A DNA stretch of 53,408 bases from Emiliania huxleyi CCMP1516 (lineage: Eukaryota): contig NW_005201791.1 in NCBI RefSeq assembly GCF_000372725.1, positions 62,001-115,408 of the forward strand, read 5' to 3'. This document shows positions 22,621 through 34,509 of the stretch, one piece after another. Position numbers and translations under genes: made by a program. Within the stretch, counting starts at the first letter, position 1. Every line of letters begins with the position of its first letter. Below the pieces are notes generated by a model. That model saw only the letters and a program-made list of their open reading frames with translations. It was not told where the DNA came from and did no database searches.

Positions 22621-23966
22621 GGAGCACGCAGCGACAAAATGTTGACTGTACGGAAGTTGATATATACCAAAATGAGGGCGACACGACGCCTTCTACGCTG
22701 GGGTGCCGGCGCCCTACTGGGCGCCCCCCGCTCCCTTCCCCTCAGAGCCCCCCATCCCACTAGCACCCCCCCCCGCGGTCCCTCGCGGCCGCGCGACGCC
22801 GCACCAATGGCGCGCTGTGCCTCGTCCGCGAGCGCCGTCCAGAGCTGCACCGACAGTCGCTGCAGCGCAAACGGCATCCATACGCGCGCCGACCACGACG
22901 TCTGGTCGTACTGCCACCATTACCAGTATATGTAGCTCTTACGTACATTCCCGGAGGAGGACTGCTGACGGGGTTTGCGATGATTACCCACACTCTGTGT
23001 GTGAGTGAGTGAGTATTCTTGATACGAAACCACGAAGACACACACCAGTCGACTCGCATCGGTTGCCTCCATGAACGGCGGAGCTATTCTCGCGCCCACA
23101 CCACACCTGGCTCCAATGTGGACGCGCCCATAGCTGGGGACACTACTAGGTCACGCATGGCATCACAGAAGTTTTATCTCTGGGCCCCGAAAGGCATCTA
23201 TGCCGACGTGTCCCGCGTGCTCCCCCGTCCGCCGATGTCTCTGCTGCCGCCCGGCGGAGCTCTGCAGCGCGGGCCCTCCTCGCCGCCTTCGCTGCCGCTG
23301 CATCGCTGTCGGCTCGTCATGTCTGTCTACGATCATTTGGGGCTGCCATCGCTGTTCTCTCTCTCTCTCCCGGGGTCAGCTCCAACCTGCCGTGTCAGGA
23401 CGTCGCCCCCTCGCCCCCCCCCCCCCCCTCCCTTCTCCCCGGCACTGACTCCGCTGAACTGCATGCTGCGATTTTCTCGCCCCTTGTCCCAGGGGAGCCA
23501 GGTGCGTGTGTCTAATCGTAGTGGGGGCCCTGGCCCCCCTCTGTTTTCTGTTTGCTGTTTTTCAAAACGCCCGCCAGCCCGCCACCCCGAGAGGCGGCTC
23601 GCGCTCGGCCCCCCAGCCCCAGACAGCCCACTCACCGAGAGATCAAAAACGCTCGGCCTTGCCGGGGTCATGCTCATGGGCCTCAGGCAGTTCACTTTGG
23701 GGGGTACGGGTACCCCCCCCTGCTATACTTTGAGATTACTTAGGCACCAAAAGTGGTTCACAGTGAAGGCGGTCGCCGTCCTATCACTTCTCTGGGGGTG
23801 GCGCGGCGCCGCGCGCGCGCACACACTAGTACGTGCACCATACTGTACTCCACGCTACCTCGTACATGCACCAGCTGCCTGCGGGCGGGGCCGGATGTCC
23901 TGTGAACTTTGCACATTGCTATGAGATTGCGTCATTGCGTCGCCCTGCATGGAGCGACTCCATGGT

Positions 23967-24970
23967 CTACTGTCGGCAGGCTCTGCGCAGCTTGGGTATG
24001 ATCTTATCCGAGTATCTCTTCGGGGTCTCCGGCAGCAGCGAGCTCATCGCCTTGATGCTGGCAACTGTCGCATTCTTGCATACTGCCCCGATCTTGGCCT
24101 TCAATTCCCACTGGTGCATCAACCTCGACACTGAGTCCCGAGAGACTCCTCGCATCAGTAAGAAGTAACCGTAGGACCCCGTCAGCCCGAGGAGCCGCAG
24201 CATACCTGAAGACACCAGCTGCCCGAAGACAAAGAGGACTTGATTGACAGCTGGAGGACTGTCCACCGTATTTGTGAAAAAGAAGTCTGCAAACACCAGG
24301 ATGGAGCCCGGACGCAAGTAGGGTGCAACGGCGCCAATGTCCTGCGCAAGTGGCGCTGCGCTCTTGGCCGCATCGGTGATGAACACGTCGACTGTCGCCC
24401 CAGATAGTTTGCTATCCACCTCCCGATGCTCTCGAAAGTTGACGCGTTGTAGATGGGCAGCAGGTCTAAGTCTTTCATCTCATAATCAGTTTTCTTCGGA
24501 TCCCACCAACGCGTCCCGCGGAGCTTTGCAGCGTTGGACCCGATGAATCCAGCTTTGAACGCATCGAATCCAATCGCGCGATTCGGGTGGCCTGTCTGCT
24601 GGATCCCAGCTGCGAAGCATCGCATCGAGCCGCCTGCCCAGGTCCCAAATTCAACGAGCAGCCCATCGGTCACGCTCGCGCCGGCCGCGTAGTTGAAGCA
24701 GCACGCATAAGTGCTCATCGTGGCAAGCTGCTTGCCTTCGCGATCAAGTGACCCAAGCTGCAGCATTGATGCATCAAAGAAGCTCTTCCATGCCCTGTCT
24801 GGTGTGCCATGCACCATTTGCAGCCACTTGGCACCCGGCCATGATGGATCCAGTGGGCCCAATGCGTTCGGGTCGAGGGCAACAGATGCGCCGCAGTTGA
24901 GGTCGTGTGCCGTGGATTGAGACACGAGCAGCAGCGGCGCGGCGCGAAGCAGCGACCATGGTCGAACCAT
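23967..24970 (-). pseudogene. Class I SAM-dependent methyltransferase, frameshifted near 24445
   Basis: LVEFGTWAGGS motif I, IGFDAF, VDVFITDAAK and LRPGSILVFADF lie in two frames. Confidence 0.65.
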
Positions 24971-26465
24971 ATAGCCGTACGAAGAGAGAGCAACGCCAGT
25001 GCAGCCCAGCACGAAAAAGGTGAAGAAGATGCACAGCAGCTTTGACGAGCAGAAGCTGCCGAAGCCGGAGCCGAAGCCGAAGCGCGTCGAGGTCGGCTTG
25101 GTCTCCTCAGACGAGTCGTGCTTGTCCACCTGCGGTGCGAGACGCGCTGTCTCAAGCAAAGGTGCGGCGGGTGTGTGTGCAGAGCGAGTGGGCGCGAAAC
25201 CGTCGAGGACTTTTCACCCGCTTTGTCCGCCTCCGCGTCCTTCTCGTCGTCCTTCTCGTCGTCCTCGTCCTTGTCGTCGTCGGTCTGCGCCTTGATCTCG
25301 ACGTCGTCGAGCAGGTCGTACTTGTTGATGACCTTCGTGGGCTCGACCTCGCCCTTGCACTCCGTGTTGTTGCGTGAGGTCGAGGCGATCCAGCCGGCCT
25401 CGTCCTATCGAAAGCGAGACCGGGTCAGCTCAGTGTGGGTGTCAGACGCAAACTCCGCTCCTCGGAGGCGGCCTCCTCGGCGACGGGGGCCTCCTCGGCG
25501 GCGATCTCCTCGGCGGCGGCGGACTTGGCGGCGGCGGACTTGGCGGCGGCCTCCTCGGTGGCGGCCTGCTCGGTGGCAGCCTCCTCCTTCACGGCCACGA
25601 CCTTCTTGCGCGCCAGCAGCCCGCGCGAGACGCGCTGCATGATCTTCGCAGCGCGCGGCTCCGCCAACGCGATCTCGACGCTGGTCAGAAACATCGGCTT
25701 GGAGACGTAAAAGCTGTCCTCCACGACCATTGACAGGTTGGCCAACTCCTGCATGGTAGGGGTACACGGGAGAGAGAGTAATACGGGTGGGTGGAAAGCT
25801 AGGAGTGCCAGGAGAGAACGCTGCGGCGCGCTCACCGCTGGGTCGGGCGTGTTGAAAACGGTCTTGGCCGGCTTCTCGACCTCCTTGGCAGCCTCCTCGG
25901 CGACCTCCACTTCGGCGACGGGCGCCTCCTCGGCGACTGCCTCCGCGGCGGCGGACACCTCGGCGGCGGCGGACTTGATGGTCGCCTCCTCGGTGGCGGA
26001 CTCCTCGGCGACGACGGCCTCCTCGGAGGCGGCCTCGTCGGTGGCGGCCTCCTCCTTCACAACGACGTCGTTGTTGACGCCGCACGCCTGCGAGCAACGT
26101 AAATGTTTGGAGACGGGGACGCCGCAGGGACAATGCCGATCCTGGCGTGCGCGTGCGCACCTCAGCTCCGAGGAGCGAAGGCGGCAGCGTCAGGCTCGCG
26201 CGGCGGCGCTGATACCACTCCTCATAATCCGCACTGGAAGCGAAGTAGCCACCGACCTTGACGGAAGCCGTTGGCCCGAGCTCGGTCTGAACCTGGGCCC
26301 CCTCCTCAGGCGCGAAACAAAAGCTGATTGGCACCTTTGCGAGGCTCCGATGGAACACGTGGGGGTTGTCGAACCAGACGCCCTTTGTTGATCTCACAAC
26401 CATGAAAGCCGACTCGCCCTCGCTCTCATTGAAGTCGACCATGTAGCGCCTCTCGGCGCGCGTCC
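24971..26465 (-). CDS. Multi-exon acidic Ala/Glu-rich protein with IQ-like motif and hydrophobic segment
   Basis: AAKIMQRVSRGLLARKK IQ-like motif; EEAAT repeats; predicted introns; no stop before the methyltransferase frame. Confidence 0.55.
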
Positions 26466-26715
26466 TGCAGAGCAGAGAGAATGGGGGCCGCCCGTGAGAG
26501 GGGTGAGGCAAGGCGCCTGCATTGGTCGGAAGTGCGAACAGCATGCGCATGTGTGGGGTCTGAAATGAGAGGAGAGTGACGGGGGACAAAGCTCGGACGT
26601 TGAGCCTGCGGAGGGCGGCGTCACGAGGGAGCGGGCTAAAGTTCGTGTCGGGCGAGTGTTGCAGGCGACGAGGGCCAGCGAATAAGAGGCCTTGCGGGCG
26701 AGGGCGTGTGTTCGG

Positions 26716-26719
26716 GTGT

Positions 26720-26802
<83 letters not shown>
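26716..26802. repeat. (GT)n microsatellite
   Basis: Visible. Confidence 0.95.
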
Positions 26803-26804
<2 letters not shown>

Positions 26805-27680
26805 TGTGTGAGTGTGTGCGTGCGAGTCTGACTGTGCGCGTGCCTCGTTGTCCGCGCCAAGAGTGGTTGCCATGAGTGTGCTCTGTATACTGTGCCTGCT
26901 TGCCTCTCGAGCCTCTTTCAAACNNNNNNNNNNNNNNNNNNNNNNNNNNNNNNNNNNNNNNNNNNNNNNNNNNNNNNNNNNNNNNNNNNNNNNNNNNNNN
27001 NNNNNNNNNNNNNNNNNNNNNNNGTGTTGTTGGGGGGGGGGGGGGGGGCTGGCGGCGAGGCGGGGGGGCTGCGGCGGCGGCAGTGTCGACGGCAGGGCGG
27101 CGAAGGCATCGGGGGCGGCGGTGAAGGCTGCGGCGGCACATTGCGCGGCGGAGGCGGCGGCACAACGGCGGCGGTGGCCCGGAAGTGGCAGCAACGAAGC
27201 GGCGGTGGGCGAATCGTCGTCGTTCATAGCCTGGCCGCAGTAGTCAGGCACGCACGGGGCAGGAAGGAGGCGGACGGCAAAGCGGTGACGGAGTCAGCGG
27301 TGGAGAAGTCGGAGGTGAGCGCGCCGGAGAGACCCGAGGCGCGACCGCCGCACGCAGCGAACAAAGAGCGCTGGTCCGCGATGTAGCAGATGTTGTCCGG
27401 CACGGAGAGCGTCAAGGGCACGCGCGCGCCAGCCGCCGCCGTTGAGATTCAGTCGCCCGTGGGCTGGGGTCGAGGGACTTGGGAGCAGCTGTGTGCCGCG
27501 TGCGCTGTGGGCTGTGGGTCTGTCGTTCGGTGCGTGTCTATTCTAAGATGTGGGTGCATGCGCCGGCAAACCTGGCGTCGTCGCCTACACAAGCAGACAG
27601 CGGCGGGGCGTCAGAGCCGGGCCGGGCGGAGCGGCGTGGCGAGAGGGCACGCTCTCGATTCTGGTGTGGAGAGATCACGT

Positions 27681-27849
27681 CTGGATTCAAACTTTTTGCG
27701 GGGTAAGGTATGGTACGGTCGGCGCCAAAAGGGTGGGGGGGTATGGTCCTGCTGGCCAGAGGCGACGTCCTGTGCGGGTGGGGGGGTATGGTCGCGGCGC
27801 CAGGGCGCCGACCCTACCATACCATACCCCGCAAAAAGTCCGAACCCTG
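27681..27849. mobile_element. 169-bp foldback/MITE
   Basis: 36-bp inverted repeat with 2 mismatches (ACTTTTTGCGGGGTA.GGTATGGTA.GGTCGGCGCC), extending imperfectly to a CAGGGTTCGG-type end; no TSD seen. Confidence 0.65.
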
Positions 27850-28318
27850 CGGGCCGCATTCTTTTTTCTTTTTTGCTGGCCTTGCCGGTAGGTGTTACCT
27901 CAACGAACCCACACATGCAGAGATGGACGAGTGCACGCATTGGGCATCAGAGAGCCATAACTTGCCTCGGTACTCTATTAATTGATTTTTTCAAAGGGTT
28001 GCCCGGCCGGGTTGCTGCGCAAATCTCGCGCTGCGCTAGGCTCAAGGGCGAACGGCACGATGCGAAAAGGCAGGGCGAGGCGGATGGAGAAAGAAGTGCC
28101 GAGAAGGCCATGGTGGAGGGGAGGGACGGGAGGACGAAAGAAGGGCGAGGAGGACGAGCGGCCCGCACAGACCGCGAGCAGACAGCGCCTGCTGGCCATT
28201 TCGAGACATTCGCCAAGAACGCTAGCTACATGGGAGGGCTTCGTGAAGGATGGATTGAAAAACATTCGAACAAAGAAGAGGCGACGGGAGGAACCGGCGG
28301 AGGATGCAGTGACGTGAG

Positions 28319-28459
<141 letters not shown>

Positions 28460-28594
28460 GCTCACCCACGCGCACTGGGCCTTGCACTTTGAATGCCGTG
28501 GGGCTCCTGTCGTCAGACGTGGAGACGCGAGGGTTGCCCCCCCTTGCCCCACCACCTCGTGTGTGTGGAGAAGTTTACCTTACCTTATCTTACC
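28460..28594 (+). mobile_element. (CCTTA)n-tailed element copy
   Basis: Aligns with 930-1075. Confidence 0.7.
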
Positions 28595-29154
28595 AATGTG
28601 GGACCAGTGCGGCATCGCGCCATCGACAGCTCTGAACTGCGCCTCACCACTGACCAGGAAGGCCGCCAAGTGGGCCAGCACAGGTCGCACATTGTGGCAG
28701 CAGTCAGCAGTGCATGTCTGATAGCTAGAGCACCAGCGTCAGGGTCGCAGGGTTGGATCGTGTCAAGCCTCTCGCCCGGCCGGCCGCGTGCAGACGTCGC
28801 TCGTCGGCCTGTCTGGGCACTGTCCGGTCAGGAGTGATCGTCGGCGGTCAGTGCGACCAATCAGGTCGGAGGTTTCTGATGGTTGGAGGGTCTATCTGTA
28901 ACCTAGCTTAATTGGGAAGTTGGTGCTCTGAGCGACTCTGAGCGCCGGGGCCCCGTTTCCGCACTGCGGCGCGGCGCACGGTGCCTCCGGGGGGCCCCGC
29001 GCACACTAATACGTGCACCATACTGTACTCCACGCTACCTCGTACATGCACCAACCAGACTCCACGCGCGGGCGCCCCGCGGTCTCTAACGTACGGTTCC
29101 CCGACTGCCGACAGCCACGGAGCCAGCACGGCCACGAGAGCCCCTTCCGCGGCA

Positions 29155-31480
29155 TCAGCCCAGCCGCTTGTGCTTCGCGGCCGCCGGCGCGCGCGTCTCC
29201 GACGAGTCATGGAAAAGGAATGCGAGAGCGATGACCACGTACCTACATGCTGAAGACACCGACATCAGGGCGGGAAGACGGCAGTGTGCAGAGTCTTCAT
29301 AGCGCTGCGGGAAGACGGGGGGGGGGGGGGGGGGCTGCGAATACAGTGAACACAGCTGAGCACGGCCGAATACAGCGGAGTCCGTGCCTCGCGGGTGCTG
29401 GCTGGAAAGACAAAGAGTCCGTGTTCCGCCTCTAGGCCTCGAGATACGGGGAGATACGGGGAGATACGGGGAGATACGGGGAGATATGGGGAGATCTTCC
29501 GCCTCTAGGACCACACGCACAGGCTGATGAGAGTAAGCCCCTTAAGCCAGTTGGAGCGGCCAGAGGGCAGCACCGTCGCCACGCCGAGGATGGTGAGCAC
29601 GAGGCAGGCCGTCTAGCCGCGAGATGACCCGAGATGACCCGAGATGGCGCGAGGTGGCGCGAGGTGGCGAGCACGAGGCAGGCCGTCTCGAAGGGCAGCA
29701 CCAGGAACAGCGAATGAATCTCGGGCGATCTCGGGTGTCATCGATCATCTGCAGACACGCACCACTCCCTGTCCCCCCCCCCCTCTCTCTGTCTCTTTGC
29801 ATTCATCAAATCTCCCATCGCACGCACCTCGAAGGGAAGCATATCGAGCGAGAGAGGCTCGCCATATGCCCACGCCGCGAGCACCTAGAAAAGAACACGG
29901 CGGGTAAAAAAGAAACAACAGCGCGCACGGGTGAGTAGGGAGAGCAGCACCGACGCCGGGAATACCTCGAGATACGGGGAGATGTGGGGGAGATAGGGGG
30001 GAGATATGGGGAGATAGCACCGACGCCGGGAAGCCCAGCAGCGTGATCTGCGTCGCCGACCCGACCGCGACTCCGATGGCGAGGTCGGGCTTGTTCCTGG
30101 CGGCGAGGGCGACCGCGTCTAAGGCCTCGAGATAGGGGGAGAGATGGGGGGGGGAGAGATGGGGGGAGATCTTGTTCCTGACGGCGAACATGACCGCGGA
30201 CGCGTGCTCGGCGGCGTTTCCGACGATGGGCAGCAAGATGGTGGAGACGAATGCGAGTGGAACCTTCGCACCCGCCGCGGCCCCCTGGATCGACCCGACA
30301 ACCACCTCGGACAGTCCCGCCGTGGCAGCGCACAGCAGCGCCAGCGCGACGGTCGACTGGCGGAAGCTTAGCTCCTCCTCCTCCTCCTCCTCCACCTCCT
30401 CCTCCTCCGCCGCCGCCGCCGCCGCCGCGGCCGCCTCCTCGTCCTTTTCCCCGTCGTCGTCGTCGTCTGCCGCAGCGGCGGGGAGGCAGGCCACTGTGTG
30501 CGGGCGGCGGCCGACGCCTGTGGGAGGAGGAGCATTCCAGCCTCGGGGCGGGCTGTGACGTCTCGCTGCTGGCTCCGCTCTGCCGCGCGGCAGACGGCCC
30601 CTCTCCTGGGTGTACGGGCAGGGGCTTCGCACGGCGTGCATGGCGACTGCAGTCCAGCGGAGCGCAGCCTCGAGCACGCGTGTTCGAAGGGGTGCTGGTG
30701 TGAGCTCAGACGCCCTCGCACTCCGCGTCTAGGGCCTCGGGAGAGGGGGAGAGAGGGGGGGAGATCTCGGGAGGTGCGGGGGAGATGCCGAGCTCAAAGG
30801 CGATCAAGCTCGCGTAGGAGAAGAGGAGCACGACGGAGACCCACCGCGAGAGCGAGAGCACGTCGCTCTCCGTGTCCTCGTGCCGCGACGACTTTGTCTC
30901 GCCTGCAGCGTGCAGCTTCGGGTTGTCGGGCGCGGGTGTCCTCTCACCAGCTGTCCTGTGAGCTGTGAGCTGTGCAAGTGTCTCGGGAGTGACCCTCGCC
31001 GAGGACGTCCGGAACAACCATAGTCACGGCGCCCAGGACCAGGACTGCGGCGTGCGCCTCTGCGCTCTTTTGGTCGTATCGCTGCGTGGCGTGCCGCACG
31101 CCCCCAAAGAAGAAGGCGCAGCCGAGCACGAGCAGCAGGTTCGAGAGGACCGAGCCCAGTAGCGAGAGCTGCACCACCCGCAGCAGCCCCTCGCGGATGG
31201 CGCAGAGCGACACGATGAGCTCAGTCGCGTTGCCAAAGGTGGCGTTGAGCAGCGCGCCAGCCTGGCTCGAAGTGTGGAGCGCCGCCTGCTCCGTGGCGTA
31301 GCCAATGCGCTCGGCGAGCGGGCAGAGCGCTGCAAGCGCGAGTAGGAAAGAGATCTCGTCGCCGATGCCGAGGCGCGCTGCCAAAAGCGCCGCAGGGCCG
31401 CACGGCAGGAGCAGATTCAGCCGCGAGCCGAAAAGGACGTGCAGCGCGGCGTGGGCGGCTGATTTGGTTCGTCGCCTCAT
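29155..31480 (-). CDS. CAX: Ca2+/H+ exchanger (CAX family), multi-exon
   Basis: LLNATFGNATE alpha-1 repeat; GSVLSNLLLVLG; acidic loop; LLPIVGNAAEH alpha-2 repeat; GSATQI; SNWLKG. Confidence 0.92.
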
Positions 31481-32009
31481 GCTCTCGGCTCGTGCAGGAA
31501 AGGCGGAGCGGCTGGTGCTGCGGCGACGCCTCCGCGCATTTCGATGGCGAAAAACTCCTCGGCAACCGATGCGAGTGGGGACTAGGGATCCCTTATATAG
31601 ATGTTAAGTGTGGGTAGAGGGAGATTCGCGCGAGCTGCGGGACCGCCGGGACGGCGGGCGGGTGATTGCGACTCGCCGCCGCTTTTGGCGACTTTTCGCG
31701 ACTTTTGGGACGCGCGATCGACCGGCGAGAACGATATGGCGGGCGAGGCCGTCACGGCCATGATCGTGGCTGACGACGGCGGCGACGACCCCCTGGCGGA
31801 CCGCCGCGAGGACCGGGAGGCGGCGGCGGAGCGGGAGAGGAAGGCGAAGGTGGCGAAGCTCAAGGCGCAGACGGCGAACGCGATGGAGGTGGTGCGGACG
31901 CAGCAGGCCTCGAAGGAGCGGGGAGCCTTCGACGAGGCGGCTCTCACTGGGATCCCTACCCAACCGATGGCGTGAGATAGGGCGCTGACCTTTCTCGCCG
32001 AGGCTCGCC

Positions 32010-32735
32010 GTGGCCCCACACGGCGCGGCCGGCCGCTGCGTGGAGGCGGCAGCGGGCGAGGTTGGCGAGCTGCTCGGCCTCATCGATAACGCCGACGTCA
32101 CGCGCCGCTTCGACGGCTACACGGACCGTGCGGCGACGGAGAAGAAGATCCTGCGCGACGTTGCGGCGGTCGGAGACCTCTACTTCTCGACGGGCGACCT
32201 CGTCCGGCAAGACGCGGAAGGGTTCGTGTACTTCGTGACCGCATCGGCGACACGTTTCGCTGGAAGGGCGAGAACGTGTCGACGGCGGAGGTGCGCGCAC
32301 CAGAGGCCAATCATCGATCGGAGAGATCTCACCGCGTGTGCATAACGACCCTCGCACCGAGTGCCCAAAGGTGGCGGAGATACTGAGCGCCGCTCCGGGC
32401 GTGAGCGAGTCGACAGTCTACGGCGTCTCTGTCGGCTCGCTCGAGGGCCGCGCCGGCATGGCGGCGCTCGTCGTCGAGGCCGCAGCTTCAGCGTTGAGGC
32501 GCTGGCCCAGACCGTGGCGTCCTTACCCCGGTACGCCCGGCCGCTCTTCGTGCGGCTCCTGCCGGCCCTAGAGCTCACGGCCACCTTCAAGATTCGGAAG
32601 GGCAAGTTGGTGGAGCAAGGCTTCGACCCGGCGGTCGTCAGCGACGTGTGGCTCTACGAGGAGGCGGCGGGGGCGTACAGGCCTCTGGATGTAGAGCTGC
32701 ACAGGCGGCTCGTAAGCGGGCAAGTAAAGCTCTGA
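32010..32735 (+). pseudogene. Fatty-acid transport protein / very-long-chain acyl-CoA synthetase C-terminal fragment
   Basis: YFSTGDLV, DRIGDTFRWKGENVST, YGV...GRAGMA and LPRYARPLFVR; apparent frameshifts near 32237 and 32480; no N-terminal part. Confidence 0.75.
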
Positions 32736-33243
32736 GCAAACGCCTCGGCTCTAGCTAGTAGCCACACGCGTCTACCTCTTGGAAGGAAAAACGCCAACCC
32801 TTTTCCTGGCTCACAAGCTAAGGATGTTCACAGGCCCTCACACTCTCCCGAATGGGGAGCCCCGGGTACTCTTTTCGTAGTCTTTTTTTACGAGCAGCTG
32901 TACTCGTCTAAGGCAGGGGTTGTGTTGCGCGCACCTGTCCGCGTCCCTTGCTGCACACAAGTGCTTTATCCCGCGCAGCCACCCGCCCCTACCGCGCACC
33001 AGCCCCGATCGCGCGGCGCGCGTGAATCAAAAACCACCGTAACATTCTTTTTTTGCACAACACTGTAAAATTCTTTTTAGCTAAGTGCCTCGCCGCCCAG
33101 AAAGAAAACAGACAGGGACGAGGACAGGGTCCTGACGCCGCGCCAATGGCGCTCAACTCCACACAGGGACAGGACGGGATTGCCGCGAGAAGAGACTCCG
33201 ACGCGAATTCTGACTAACGGCCAAGTCATAGGTCACCGCCTAC

Positions 33244-33965
33244 CTCGGCCTCACTGTTGCCCATGACGGTCGCAGCCTTCGAGGGGGTGGCCCAGACGGC
33301 AGGGTCGAAAGCCCAGCCCGCCTCCAGTTTCTTTGTGATCCTCGAGAGGACGCTGGTCGGCAGCCCTGCGGTCAGTTCCTGTGGGGTGCACGGTGGTATC
33401 GGCGCGCTTCACCCGCACCCACGTTCTTGTCTTCGTGTGACTGTGTTGGAGGCCCTATAGGCCAGGGGAGGCCGGGGTGGCGCACCTTTGCTGTCAGCCG
33501 GCCGTTCCCATCCACGTCGCACTTAGCGAAGATGTTGGAGATGGTGTCTCGCATTTTTTTGCTGTCTCGATTGAAGCGGAAGGCTTGGAGTGCTTCTGTG
33601 AACTCGGTCTGGTCCAGCCCGTTCCCATCCGTGTCGAAACACATGAGCGCCTTTGTCGCTGCCTCTTTCATCGCGTGGCGCTCGGTTGCAGCGGGCCGCC
33701 CCTCGGGAGATTTGGCGTAGGCAAGGGCCGCCTCCTCGGCCGTTTTATAGGTGCCGAGAGACACTGTCTTTCCATCACGCCTGACAGTGGCAGTGAAGTG
33801 ATCGGCAAATTTACACTTTCCCACATTCTGGAACTGCGAGACGTCGGACAAGCTGGGAATCAGGGCAAGGCCTTCCTCTGCTGCCTGCTGGACCACCTGA
33901 GCTGCAGGGTCCATTATTACGGACTCGTCGGCGGTCGCTCTGCACGAGGTGCATGCCCCCCCCAT
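33244..33965 (-). CDS. AP2-like domain plus two EF-hands; intron 33379-33485; 3' end uncertain
   Basis: MGGACTSC start; VRRDGKTVSLGTYKTAEEAALAY AP2-like motif; DTDGNGLDQTEF and DVDGNGRLTAK|E EF loops. Confidence 0.7.
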
Positions 33966-34051
33966 CGCGTGAGACGAGGGCCGTGGACGTAGGTGAGTAT
34001 ATATTGCCAGAGTGGCAGAGGACGTACGTACAATTCCCTCATAGTCTTGCA

Positions 34052-34122
34052 GCATCGTTGGTCTAGTGGGAGAATGCTCGCCTGCCACGCGGGAGACCCG
34101 GGTTCGATTCCCGGACGATGCA
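34052..34122 (+). tRNA. tRNA-Gly(GCC)
   Basis: GCATCGT/ACGATGC acceptor stem; anticodon loop CTGCCAC; GGTTCGATTCC T-loop; downstream TTTT terminator. Confidence 0.97.
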
Positions 34123-34509
34123 AAGTTTTATTTTGTAAATTGTTTTCCTGGGCTCCCAGAAAGAGGCTTGCGCGCGTCCCCTTAGTGCGTTACGGTCGTG
34201 TAACACAGCCAACCGCACGGTGCTGCTCTACCTCAACACACACGCGACGAACGGACGATATTGCTGGCAGCATGAGCATCCGCCAGCACCCCCGTGAGCT
34301 GACAGCCCCGCCCCCCTGCGCACTCCAGTACACTCCTCGTACGCAACACCAGCAAACTACACCATGCTCTCGCCGCGCGCCCCCTCTCTCTCGCTCTCGC
34401 GCGCGGGGAACCGGAGACTCCCCCTGTGCCCACCGGCAGGCAAACGTGCCAGCAACAACCGCGCGAGCCTCCGGCCTCGCTGCGGGCCTCTCTCCCCCCT
34501 CGGCCCTGC

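Noticed and set aside
23822..23873. SECIS element
   Set aside because: No AUGA/GA quartet or apical AA, and no in-frame UGA candidate in the upstream genes.
29613..29686. Non-canonical AC-AG intron in CAX
   Set aside because: Explained by a canonical GT-AG intron 29613-29827 that contains a junction copy.
29966..30035. GG-AG intron in CAX
   Set aside because: A single GT-AG intron 29885-30020 gives a sensible protein.
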